Positions 39,071-51,300 of a DNA stretch of 64,000 nt are shown piece after piece; position 1 is the stretch's first letter; every line of letters begins with the position of its first letter. Origin of the DNA: Marsupella aquatica (Eukaryota; Plantae; Marchantiophyta); NCBI GenBank assembly GCA_973895155.1, contig OZ316897.1, positions 13,019,375 to 13,083,374 of the forward strand, given 5' to 3'. Below the pieces are notes generated by a model. That model saw only the letters and a list, made by a program, of their open reading frames with translations. It searched no databases and had not been told where the DNA came from. A program made the translations under genes and the position numbers.

Positions 39071-41599
39071 GGCACTATTTCTTTTACTCGGTGAATGGCC
39101 AGGCGATCAGACGTGCAATGACAGGCAACTTACAATTCACTAGGTACAGTATGTGCTCTAGCAAAATGCTTCACCGCAAGTGCTGGTGCTCACAGTTGCA
39201 AGCACTGATTGCTTTTGCAACCTGTGAACAAAATTAAAACCACCAGTTCAATAAGTTTCAAATGCTGCAAGCGCTGAAGACAACCAATTGGCCATGATGC
39301 ATGTTACGACAGCAATAAACAAATAATTGGGCTCAACAGACCTGAATAGCTAACCTGAATAGCTAACCTGAATAGGATCATGGACCTCTCATAGCTATGG
39401 TGTCCTTCCTACATTACACATTGGTCTAATTTATGCAGTGTTTCACTATGATTGTGTTCCATAGAAGAGCATCCAATCTGGCTGACCATTGGAGGAAGCT
39501 TGGGCTGGGTCATAGCTACAGCAATTACTCCTCTGCAAATGCTATTTGTTGGTAACACATGTTTACTCATCAGTAGACGAATGAAGCATCTGAGGTTTTT
39601 GAAACTTGTGCTCTGATGAGGGAGTGAGTGACGTGGGAGCCATGATAATCATAGATTCAGTGCAAAAGCAAAATCCATGCTCAAAGGCAAACGTGGCAAA
39701 ATTGGGTATATGTTCTTCACTGCCAAAGCTTCTGTTTGCGCAGCAAAATCCACGAAAGGAATGAAGGAACAAGGGGGAACTCCAGACTCAAGAGCCTCAA
39801 TTGCTGCATTGTGGAAACGTGTTGCGTGGGAGAAGTCGTTGGCTTGTAGAAGAAGTAAAAGTGTGCTGGTGAAGGATTTTGTGGTCGGGGTGCATCATAA
39901 GGTTGACACAGAGAAGAGAGAGGTGTGGAGAGGCGAGGAGAGGAGCAGAAAAGTAGGAAAGGCCGTGTAAGGCAGTCGATAAAAAGCGAGTTAGGTTTGG
40001 AGTGTCCTCTCGACAGCAAAGGATTTCGTGTGTGCTGAATTTGTTGCTGGTCCAAATTCCAGGAGCCAGTCAGTAACGGAATAGTGGAATTTTGGGAATA
40101 GCAGATGCTCATCAGTCGCAGCATCTGCGTATGTTTTGTCATCTGGGGAGAATTCAATGAGGTTTGTGGTTTTGGGGAAGGCTGCTGTGAAGAGTTTGTG
40201 TTCGTGTGGAGGGATTGGTGGCAAATTTTGATTGGTGCAGGGCAGAAGTAGCAAGAGATGGGAGAGTGACAGGATGTGGAGATCGGTTGGCCGTAACCAA
40301 GGCAGCGCCAATGACGACGAGGAGCGTGAAGAGGCAAAGGCGGAGGAAGATGAGGAGGTAGAAGAACCAGACCACCAAATAGAGAATTTACTACATCAAA
40401 GACACTACAGAGATGAGCGCATCAATGGGCTACAACATATTCAAGTGCGGATCCCTTTTTTGCAATCAACTCACGGAAATAGAGGATTTACACTTACTTT
40501 CCCCACCACAAATCATTCTTGGAAGTGTCTTCCTTGACAACACGTTTGTCCTTCGGAGATCGGCCAGTTTTCGCCCCGGAAAGCGTGGCAAGAGCCCCTG
40601 TCCAGGTGATGTACAAACTCTTCTCGTGCTTCAGAGCCTGTTCGTAAAGCGCTGCAAAGAGAAACGGCAAAAACTTTAGTCATTATAATTGAATCAGAAC
40701 ATGGGAATAGACAGAGACAGCTTCCAAACGCTCAACTAAATCTTGAAGCAACAACCATGACGATCGCGACCCGTATGCGGCGAATGGACACAACTATGCT
40801 AGGACAGGACACAACGAGAGGGCACCGATCACCGTATCTAGAGAGCTGATTTATTCGTCTCCTACAAATCATAAGTCGCACAGTAGAGTTTCTACGCATC
40901 TTAACGTAGGAACGAAGGTAAAAGGTAGTTTTTTTACCAGGCATCCTTGGAAATGAAAGCAACTTTTGAACTATCGACATGATGTGACAGAGTACAAGAA
41001 AGGCCTTCAGTGCATGTGAAACAGAAATGCTAGAACTACTCATGAGTTCACATGAAACACAATTCCCCGGTCTAACTACTTTCAAATCTCGATGGGCAAA
41101 TCTAATGCATATGACTTGCGCAAGCAATGTCTATGGAACACATCGGCTACGACCGCTACCAGATAAGGTGTGCCATGCGTGGTACATATGGGCTTCAAAC
41201 AGTAGCAAGCAAGCATGATTGAGCGTCAAACAATAGCAAGCAAGCAAGCACGATCGTCAAAGCAGGAAGCGCCCACCTCCTGGTTGAGCAACACAGCAAT
41301 GCTGGCAGCAGCCCTGGCAATCATGTTTGAGCAAGCAACAATGCAACACTCTCGCTCCCGTTTCAGCAAGCTAGTAGCTCCCGTTTCAGCAAGGTAGCAG
41401 CTTCCGTTTCAACAAGCAGCAACGCCACACTCCCGGCACCCACCTCTTGTTTGAGCAGCTGCAACGCAGCACTTGCAACAGCCACACTCCCGCCCGCACT
41501 CCCTGTTTGAGCAACAACACAGCAGTCACATAAACTTTCCTATCATTTCAGCAACAGGAACGTAGCACACTCCCTCAACCAAGACAATAGCGCACCTAT

Positions 41600-42175
41600 A
41601 CACTCCAACCTTGCAGCGCAACACTCTCGCCTAATCCTTCACTCCCGGGTTCACTCCAAGCAGCAGTGCAACCGAGAAGTCTCGCTCTCCCCTTTACTCT
41701 AAGCAGCAGTGCAGCTGAGAAGTCTCGCTCTCCCCTTCACTCTAAGCAGCAGTGCAGCTGAGAAGTCTCGCTCTCCCCTTCACTCTAAGCAGCAGCGCAG
41801 CCAAGAACGACCTTGATCCTTCACTCCCAAGTAGCAGCGCGCAGTCGAGAACTCTGGGTTGATCCTTCACTTCAAGCAGCAACAGCAGCAATGCAGCCGA
41901 GAGCGCAACACTCTCGCTCTCCTCTTCACTCCAAGGCGCAGCCAACAACTCTCGCTCGATCCTTCGCTCTAAGCAGCAGTGCAGCCAATAAATGTTGCTT
42001 GATCCTTCACTCCAAGCAGCCGTAGCAGCAGCGCAGGCGAGACCACAACACTCTCGCTCGATCCTTCTTCACTCATAGCCGAGAGCACAACACTCTCGCT
42101 TGATCCTTCTTCACTCGCATCCGAGGTCACAACACTCTCTCTCGATCCTTCTTTGCTCCAAGCAGCAGCACACTC
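41600..42175. repeat. 43-bp tandem array and degenerate derivatives near the right end of the TIR element
   Basis: aagcagcagtgcagctgagaagtctcgctctccccttcactct three times (41658-41786), then diverged copies. Confidence 0.85.
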
Positions 42176-42721
42176 GTTTAGACCCCCGTTTACACCATTT
42201 GCTGCAAGGTACAAACAAAAGAGTCTCTCATCCCAAACAGCGGGTGGGGCCAAAGGGATATTGGAGGGAAATGACACGGGAGGAGACTAACAAGGGCGGC
42301 CAATTGAGGGAAACTAGACATGTTAAATGGAACAATTTCAAACTTAATCCCACTCAAACCCTAAACGTGAGTCCCCAAAAAACCAGACCCACTTAAATCA
42401 TTCTCAAATTAGAATCCATGTTAAAATAAACATGACTTAGGAAAATATATTGAGAATGTTATGTGTGCCATGTGTACCAATGATATAGTGACACGTGTAA
42501 TTTACATAGTCCGACACAAAGACCCCCTAACTTCCTTGTATGCCTTCCATCTACATAGTCAAAAATATTAATATCCCTATTATTCTTACAAGTTGTCCAA
42601 CATATAAAATTGACCCTATTGTTCTTACACAAATCTTCTTAAGTCTTCCGAGAAACCCAATTAACGGACCCTATACTTAGTCGCACGTGATATGAGATTT
42701 TCGCGAAGTGAGACCCCCGAG

Positions 42722-43050
42722 CATTGAGGAAAGACACCTTCTTTGTCTTCTTTGCCTGTTTTTTGTGACCAGGCACCTTTTTCCTGCTAATGTGCTGTTG
42801 CTTTTCCCTTCCCTGCAAGAACATCAGGCATGACAATGAATTAGGGAATATAACAACAGCAAATGGCATAGAACAGGAAAGAACACAGACTTGAGCCTCA
42901 CCTTAATTTCCGAGAAGCGTTTCTCATATGCCTTCAGACGAGTTTCATGTGTAGGTTCTCCTCCTTCTCCTTCCTGTTCCTCTGCAAATGTACTCTCTTC
43001 TGTACGCCGCCTTCGTACATTTGCAGAGGCGTACTCTCTTCTGTTGCCAG
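42722..43050 (-). pseudogene. Two-exon gene fragment, possibly the distal part of the 51.3-53.6 kb gene
   Basis: EEQEGEGGEPTHETRLKAYEKRFSEIK, then a GT-AG intron at 42901-42813, then GREKQQHISRKKVPGHKKQAKK, cut by the TIR. Confidence 0.4.
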
Positions 43051-46000
43051 AGGTGGATGTATTACGTTTGGAATGGGAGGATAAGGGACCACCAGAGCTG
43101 GACGTACAAATTCAAGGATGTGTTGTGAGGAGAGTACCAGTGGATGGTGGTTCCAGCGTCAACCTCATGACTCAGCAAACTGCATTTAATCTTGGATTTA
43201 CTAAGTTTGAACCAACACCCAAGATCCTGCGCATGGCGGACCAATCTCGAGTTGTTCCCGCGGGAAAATTAAGTAAGGTAGATACTCTGATTGCTGGTGT
43301 TCCATTTACTTTGGAATATGTGATAATAAGTCCAGAGGTACCTTCCAGCTTTCCAGTCTTGTTAGGCCGCCCCTGGTTGTATAAAGCCCAAGTGCAGGTA
43401 AATTGGAAAGCTCAAGAGATGTCTTTTGGTAAACCCAAGGTGGTGGTGAGTTGGGCTACTGAGGATCATAAGGGCGAGACGCAAACTGACGACGGGTATA
43501 CGTCAGACTTTTCGGATTCCAACCTGATTCTGGAGCCATTGGAGTTTGAGTTGGAGGAGGTACACTATTTGGAGGTTTACCTATCTGATCCAGTTGTGGA
43601 GACTGGATTAGCTTCTGAGGACCCTTTTTGACAATTTCCACCGGAAGGGGAGAAAGCAAACTTACAAGGAGTCGGCCATGATACAGGGAAACAATTCTCA
43701 GATCAGCAAATGCATGGCGTATCCTCCGGTAATGGAAAACACCCTCCCTCTCCGGAAATCAGTGAGTCTGATGTTGGTAATTTGGAGCTTAGGCCAGCAG
43801 GCCTAACGGATGGTATAGTGGACCCTAAGGCTTGTCAAAAAGTTGAGATTGAACCTGGCAAGTTCCTTAATATAGGAAAGCATATCCAGGGTGAGTTGCG
43901 GGACTTGTACATTAAGTTGTTGACCCAGTACAAGGATGTTTTTGCATGGAGTCATTCAGATTTGAAGGGCATCCACCCTCATCTGGGAGAGCATCGGATA
44001 GACTTGATGGAAGGGGCAGTGCCAGTCCGTCAAAGGCAGTACCGTTTGAACCCCAAGTACTCTGTCCTTGTGAAGGAGGAGCTGGATAAGTTGACTGCTG
44101 CTGGTTTCATCTACCCCGTCTTGAGTAGTGAATGGGTATCCCCCATTGTCATTGTACCCAAGAAGGCGGGACCTGATGGAAAGACAAAAATCCGCGTGTG
44201 TCAGGACTATCGGAAATTGAATGCAGCCACCAGGAAGGACCATTATCCCTTACCCTTCATAGATCTAGTGCTTGATCAGGTCGCATTGCATGAGTTGTAT
44301 ACTTTTCTGGACGGATACTCTGGGTACAACCAGGTTTCCATTCGAAAGGAGGATCGGGACAAGACCACGTTCACAACAGATTGGGGTACATATGCGTATG
44401 CAATGATGCCATTTGGGTTGTGTAATGCCCCAGGCACTTTTCAGCATATCATGATGATTATTTTTCAGGAGTACCTTCGGCACTTCATGGAGATCTTCAT
44501 CGATGATTTCTGTGTGTATGGATCGGCGGCTGACCATTTAATGCACCTCGATAAGACTTTCCAGAAGTGTCGGGAAGCTCAATTGTGCTTACACCCCGAG
44601 AAGTGCTTCATCGGAATGCAGGAAGGTATCTTGCTCGGCCATGTCATTTCTCAGCGTGGCATAGAGGTGGACAAAGAAAAGGTCCGGGTGATCGTGGAAC
44701 TTCAACCTCCGACGGATTTGAAGCAACTCCGTGCCTTCTTAGGGCATGTCGGGTATTATCGCAGATTCATTCATAAACATGCTGATATTGCTATGCCTCT
44801 GACCAAATTGCTCAAACAAAATGAACCTTATGTTTGGAATGAAGAAAGACAGCAAGCTTTTCAAACACTAAAGGACCGCCTTGTGACTGCGCCCATTCTC
44901 TCCCCACCAGATTGGAGTAGGAAGTTTCATGTTTTCATTGACTCATCTGCCTTCTGCATCGGAGCTAACTTGAGTCAAAAGGATGACGACAATAGGGATC
45001 ATCCCATTTATTATGCCAGTAGGCAGATGAGTGTTGCTGAGAAAAACTATACAGTTACCGAAAGAGAAGCCTTAGCCATTGTTTTTGCCTGCAAAAAGTT
45101 TCGTCATTATCTTCTTGGATATCAGATCATCTTTCACACGGACCATCATTCTTTGAAATACCTGGTTAATCAAGTTGACCTGTCGGGGAGGGTGGCTAGA
45201 TGGGTCCTCCTGCTTCAGGAATTTGATTACGAGGTGCAAGTCCGTCCAGGGAAACACCATGAGAATGCCGACTTCTTGTCTAGACTTCCAGGTACAGAGA
45301 ATGACCACAACCTGTCTGACGACTTTCCGGATGAGCACCTTTGGCACATTGAAGGCGAGTCCTCAAAATATTTTGATATTGTGAAGATGTTGCTGTATGG
45401 GGTCTTTCCAGAAGGACTTAATGCATAGGAGAGGGCTGTTTTTGCACATAAGGTAGGACCTTATACAATTATCAAAGGCACCTTATTTAAGCAAGGCCCT
45501 GATCAAAGGTTACGGCGTTGCCTTGAGATGAGAGAAATTCCACAGGTAATTGCAGCCTTACATTCTGGTGAGACAGGCGGACACTATGCAGTTACCACCA
45601 CTATTAAGAAAATTCAAGATGCCGGATATTGGTGGCCCACAATGCACAAGGACACCTACAATTTTATTAAAACCTGTGATCCATGCCAACGAGTAGGCAA
45701 ACCCACTGCATCTTCTAAATGGCCACTCACTCCCATCCTTCCTTTGGCCCCCTTTGAGAAATGGGGTATTGATTTTGTAGGCCCAATTTCACCAGCCGCT
45801 AGGAAAAGTCGTAGCAAATACATTATTCTGGCCACTGATTATGCCACCAAATGGGTGGAGGCTAAAGCCACTCGCAAGAATGATGCTACAACAGCGGCTG
45901 CTTTTCTCTTTGAGCATATTATTACTCGGTTCGGGTGTCCTTTGGAGTTGGTCAGCGATAGGGGTCTACATTTTCTTAACTCAACTATTGAGTTAATTAC

Positions 46001-46640
46001 TGACATATATCTTATCAAGCATCGCAAAACTACTCCTTACAACCCCCGAGCTAATGGCTTAACGGAGAGAGCTAATGGCATTATGGGCAAGATTCTGAAT
46101 AAGATGGTGGAATCTCACAAGACTGACTGGGATGTAAAATTGCACTCTGCGCTTTGGGCTTACCGTACTGCTGAAAAGATTACCACCCTTAGAACCCCAT
46201 TTTATTTAACTTATGGGGTTGATAGTATTATCCCTATTGAGTTTTCCATTCCTACTGAGCGCTTACTTATTCCTGAGAGATTCACCCCTGAAGCAAGTAT
46301 CGAGAGTCGGTTTGTTGATATTATGAAATTAGAAGAAAATAGACTTTTAGCCTTAGAACATACTGCTGTAGTCCAAGCAAACCGGAAACACTCTTATGAT
46401 AAAAAGCTTAAACAGGTTAAGCTAGCTAATAATGATTTAGTGTTAGTTTTTGATTCCCGCTACATGCTTTTTCTGGGTAAATTACATACCCATTGGATCG
46501 GCCCTTATCGAATTGAGAACATATGGCCTAATGGTTTTGTATCCTTAACCACTTTAGATGGATCCCCCTTAGACACTAGAATTAATGGCTTTAGATTAAA
46601 GCCCTATCACTTCTATTCCGCGCATGAGGACATGTCGTAG
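43050..46640 (+). pseudogene. Gypsy pol in one frame with two nonsense codons
   Basis: PR VDGGSSVNL; RT LDGYSGYNQ, MPFGLCNAP, FIDDF; RH EREALA, TDHHSL, ADFLSR; INT H..GGH..C..C, WGIDFVGP, SDRG, NGLTER, GPY. Stops at 43629 and 45426. No chromodomain. Confidence 0.95.
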
Positions 46641-47142
46641 TTTGAGTGGAGGGCTGGGATAGGTATATTTTATATCTGTAAGAAATACTAGTATGGAAGG
46701 GCTTAGAATAGTAGATTAAAAGATTATGTTTGGAAAATTTTTTTAAAAAAAAATTTGAGACGCTTTCTGAAGCGTCCAGCATTGTGGACTGATTTCGCGA
46801 AGCGGGACCGATGGGACGCTTTCTGAGGCGTCCGCTCCACGACCAGTAGACGACGCTTTCTGAAGCGTCCAGGAGATGCACTTCGGAGGCGTCAACTTGC
46901 TGACTCAGGATTTCCGTCCGGATTTGGGCCGCTTTCTGAAGCGTCCAGCACAAGTTGAAATTTTGGAATGATCTCAAGTACGGCGAGGGATTGTGACGTC
47001 TAATGGGTCGAAGAAGAGAAACGACGAGTGGTTTTTGAAACCAAGTTTAGTAGCGCTCATTACCGATGATTGATATAGAGGAGGTGGCGACCCTGATTGA
47101 GGGAAGAGTGGAGCTGCGCCAGAAGAGATTGCTGATTGAGCG

Positions 47143-49568
47143 ATGGCAGAATCGGAGCTAGAAGTCACTGCGCGTCCGATAGTTGTTGTGATTCCATTAG
47201 GAATAGATGATCGAAGGCGACTACGAGAGGATTTGACGACTATGGGCTTGAAGAATCTCCTAAAATTTCCTTGGAGTATTTGTGAATTCAGCTTGATCGA
47301 TCGGGGCGAATGGGACGGAGAGGAAGGACCGGAGATACGCGCGAGGCCAAGCAATTGGAATGAGGAGCTCATCTCATCAGTTTATTTGACTCCAAGCGTA
47401 GGCGAAGGATTACAAAAAGTAGAAGGCGAACCTAGGGCTTACGTTGAATCTCTGTTTTATCCGGGAACATTCAAGAGGCGGAATGGCTGGGTGGCGGCAG
47501 ATTGCATAGAAGCGCGATTGCAGCATTTATTTCGGTTCCTCTCCCCTATTTTTCATCCTGAGAGTCAAACGCGTATTACCTTGTCGTTTGCGGCCACTGT
47601 GATTTTTCTGTGGAACAGAGGAAGACCATCAATTGGACTCAAATCCTACATAGAGTGATCCATGCGCAGGTGAAGAATTTTCGAAGTCGAGTCAGAGCAA
47701 GGAAGCTGAGGAAGGTGCAAATGACACCCTACTTCGCGCATATTTATTACAAGAAGCGATGCCTGTTACCGACAGAGAAAAGGATTTATCGAAATTTGAG
47801 GACTAAGGTGCGAATGGACGTGAGTTGTCGATCGGATGAGCCACTCAACAATCCTCAGGATACTCTGATTGCATTGTGTACTTTATTAGACTGCGAAGAG
47901 GCTGAGTTGTTACCAAATGTCCGAAATTTGGTTGAAGCACATGAGCAGGCCACTCAAATTCCAGAGGAGGACACTCCTACAGTTGACGAGGAGCTAGCTG
48001 ACCGACTTTCGCATGATATTGAAGTCGAATTGATGCACGAGGCCCAGCTCAGTTCACAATGTGGGAGTCCCATCCCTCTGCGTAACCCGGAAGAAGCTAT
48101 TCAGGAACCAGAGACAGCTGCGGAATCACCAGGTGAAGGTTCAGTTTTACCTTCTTTTGCAGAAAATGTAGTTTTGAATGAGTTACCAAGTTTATCCCTA
48201 TCTCTAGCTGCAGAAGGACCGGACGCTTTGGCTTCATTACAGGATTACCAATCGGATGAATACTCCAATGGGAGTCCACAGCCACCCTTACAGGATGTCC
48301 TTGGTTTTCCCCAAGACATTCAACCTTTAGGAATACCAGGTTTTGATGTTTCAAGAAGTGATGGTGAGAATGCAATTGTAGAGATTGATGATGAGGAGGA
48401 TGTCTCCTTTTTGCGAAGATCTGAACGAGATGATTCAAGTCAGCAGGAAGGTAGTAGTATGGTGGCGGTACCATTGGACATTTCGGAAGACTTAGCTGAG
48501 AGATTAAGTCAAATCTCCCGGTTACCCACAATACCAATGGGCTATGATAGTTCGGAACAGAGTCCTGGGGCATCACCTCAGCACATATCAGCTCCAAACG
48601 ATTTTGAGAGATATGCTTCTCTGGACGCGCCACTTACAGCTTCTCCACCTCGAGCCCGAGATGAGTATCCAGTTACTTATAGGCGTCGACCATGGAAAAG
48701 GTTACGGAAAGCTTGAGATTCGGTGGAATTACATGCTGCTACAGATTTTGTGGAGGCTCAGATTGAGGTACAAGAGCAGTATGAGCAGGAACCATATAAC
48801 GATTCGGAGCAGGTAGCTGCCTACTCAGAGGAGTTACGGCTAGAAAACGAACCACCCAGTGCAGGTCGAGGAGATAGGGCAATTCCAGAGCTAGTACAGC
48901 CTACTATTGCACCTTTGTCTCCTGAGACTTCACCTTGTCCTCCTGCTAAGGAATCTGTGATTCCTTCCAATACTCCAGGGGTTATTTTTCGATGGATAGG
49001 TGCGCCAAGTGATGGCAGTGAGGATGAGGCAGATCCTCGAATTATTCGAATTCCACCAAAATTAGGGAGATCGGTTGAGTTACCACCTCCTATTCCTATC
49101 CCCAATCTTACTTCTATTAATTCTTGGACCAAGAGAGACTACCATATGGCTTTCAGGCATTTGGAAGTAGAGAGTATCAGACAGCAACAACAGGTTTTGC
49201 CAGGATTATGTCCTCCAGGCATTCGTACTTTGATTCCTACGTATAAATTTCCTAAAGTTGTTCCACCTATAGATAAGGACAGGAGACATAAATTCTCTGA
49301 GTATGAAATATGGTGTTGGGTGTATACCCTTCGAAGAACCCTTTGTCCTTTTCCTCCTATACCTCCAGAACATCCATGGCCTTATCGTTACTATGTCTGG
49401 GTTGCTCATGACGGATATGCAATTCAGTATAAGTATGAGAAGGATCTGCTTAAACTCAGAGAACAGCTACAGAGACTCCAACTACATTCCTCTTCTCGCA
49501 CTCAAGGCTCCCACGCTATCAGAGGACTTGCTCGATTGCCTCTACTCGACCCTTGGCCTCCAATGTAA
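47143..49568 (+). pseudogene. Extra 3' ORF of the gypsy element (~800 aa if repaired), function unknown
   Basis: ORFs 47143-47658, 47610-48716 and 48723-49568 join through one frameshift (~47620) and one in-frame TGA (48714). Lies between two identical PPT-like motifs. Confidence 0.7.
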
Positions 49569-49669
49569 TTTTACAACTCCACATCATTAAAGAGCCACTT
49601 CAGAAGTGCCTGATCAAATATATTATTTCACTTCTTGTGCGGACACAGCAAATTTTGAGTGGAGGGCTA

Positions 49670-51300
49670 TGTGGAAAGGAGACTTTTGCTGAAACACGAC
49701 CATAAGAGAAAAATCTGAATCGTTTCAAACTTTTTGAGCAAAAACGACGCTTTCTGATGCGTCTACTTTCCATTTGGCGGTTAACTCATTTAGTCTAACT
49801 AAGGACGCTTTCTGAAGCGTCCCCAGTTACAAAGCCAATAAACCTCAAGACAGTTGAGGCGTCCATGGTTGCTGCCAACCAGATGCGACCCCCTTAACCA
49901 CGACGCTTTTTGAGCCGTCCTTCACCGATACCACGGAACAGAAGATGCTTCGTGAAACGTCTATTCGAACCAGACACCGGACGCTTTAAGACGCTTTCTG
50001 AAGCGTCCGCTAACCCCAAAGTCCGATGAGACGCTTTCTGAAGCGTCCACATGAGAAGTGACACCTTGTGAAGCGTCCAACCATGTTCGAAGACAAAGCA
50101 GAATCGACGCTTTCTGAAGCGTCCGCCAAGACAGACTTCGCCGCTTTTTGAAGCGTCCCACCTGAAGGCCGGAAGACGGACGCCGCGACCAAACCTCAAA
50201 ATTTAGCCGACGCTTTCTGAAGCGTCCACAAAAGTCCTTTGTGGGTTTGGACGCTTTCTGAAGCGTCCACTATCTTCCCGACACTTAGAAATATTTCTGA
50301 TTTCCGCACTTTTATAACACCGTGCCACTTTCATCGATTTATTTGAGGCACTTAGAGACCTCAGAGAAGTCTGAAACTTTACCAGCATAGAGATTATATG
50401 TAGTAGAGTACTCTAGAAAAGTCTCAGCTCATTCCGACTTTTAGTTTAGAAGTTAAAATTAGATTAACACCACTGTTTATTAGTTTTACCGGAAAGCACC
50501 GACGCTCTACAAAGCGTCCACTAAGTCTCCAATGTATTTCTTTATTTCTTTTAGGATTGTCTTTTAGATATATGAGGTTTGAAAAGTCATGCCTTTTCAG
50601 TTAAGGGAACCTTTACTTATAAAACCTCATGTTTTTTCCATTCGGAAGAGGGGGGACAATTCCAATCAGACTTCTGTTAGTTTCCCTCCTTCCATTTTAA
50701 CAAGAAAAGTCTTGTATGGAAGTAAAACTTATGTTTGAATTTATGAATTCAAGAAATTTCTTGATACTTGAATTCAGTTACAAACTTCTGTGACTTACAT
50801 TGAATTCACTGCTAGGCTTGCTTGAAGGGTCAAGATTCGCTAGCTAATTCAAGAGTTGTTGTTTGATATGTGAGAAGTAAAGTTTGGTTCTCAGAGTATT
50901 CAGTACCGTTACTTTGTTTATGGAATATGATTTAGTGTTTGACGGAATTGCGTATCGCTGATGTCAAACTATGTTGCCGGCATCTTAAGTCATATCATTA
51001 CATTTGTAACCAGAGCAATACTTGTTTAGCAAATTGGAAATTCCTTATCATGCAATTTTATTTAGTCAGGAGAGAAATTAGTGAGTTATGCGACTTGTTT
51101 TATGTCTATTCTAAGACCATAGTCCTTTTTGAAGGAGTGGCAATAGCTAATCAGAGTTTTCAGACCATAATTGACTCTCTCTTGACTCATAAGACAGAAG
51201 TTTATTTTACTTTGGTGTTTTGTTTATTTGATCTTTTAGTGAGAAACAAGAAATCTATGTGCTGAGAGCTTTAGATTACTCAGAGAGATAAATTCATTCA
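49670..51300 (+). repeat. 3' LTR of the gypsy element (~1.63 kb)
   Basis: TGTGGAAAG directly follows the PPT. The end is either ...TTCA at 51300 or ctttccaaa at ~51312; the exact boundary is uncertain. Confidence 0.7.

Larger units (their letters stand above)
31987..42721 (-). mobile_element. 10.7-kb TIR DNA transposon with a P-element-like transposase and PHD cargo
   Basis: Perfect 15-bp TIRs CTCGGGGGTCTCACT (31987-32001) and AGTGAGACCCCCGAG (42707-42721). The left TIR coincides with the abrupt end of TnpD homology. Confidence 0.85.
43050..51300 (+). mobile_element. Non-chromovirus Ty3/gypsy LTR retrotransposon, 5' LTR and gag missing
   Basis: PR-RT-RH-INT order, an extra 3' ORF, a PPT (tttgagtggagggct, ~49654-49668) and an LTR starting TG at 49670. 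Confidence 0.93.

Noticed and set aside
42891-43050. First ~53 codons of the 246-aa ORF as gypsy gag
   Set aside because: No gag features. The minus strand reads better as a spliced fragment, so the open frame is probably a chance fusion at a deletion junction.
49746-50520. Palindromic repeats with spacers resembling a CRISPR array
   Set aside because: Repeats are only 18 bp, spacing is irregular, there are no cas genes, and they lie within a eukaryotic LTR.
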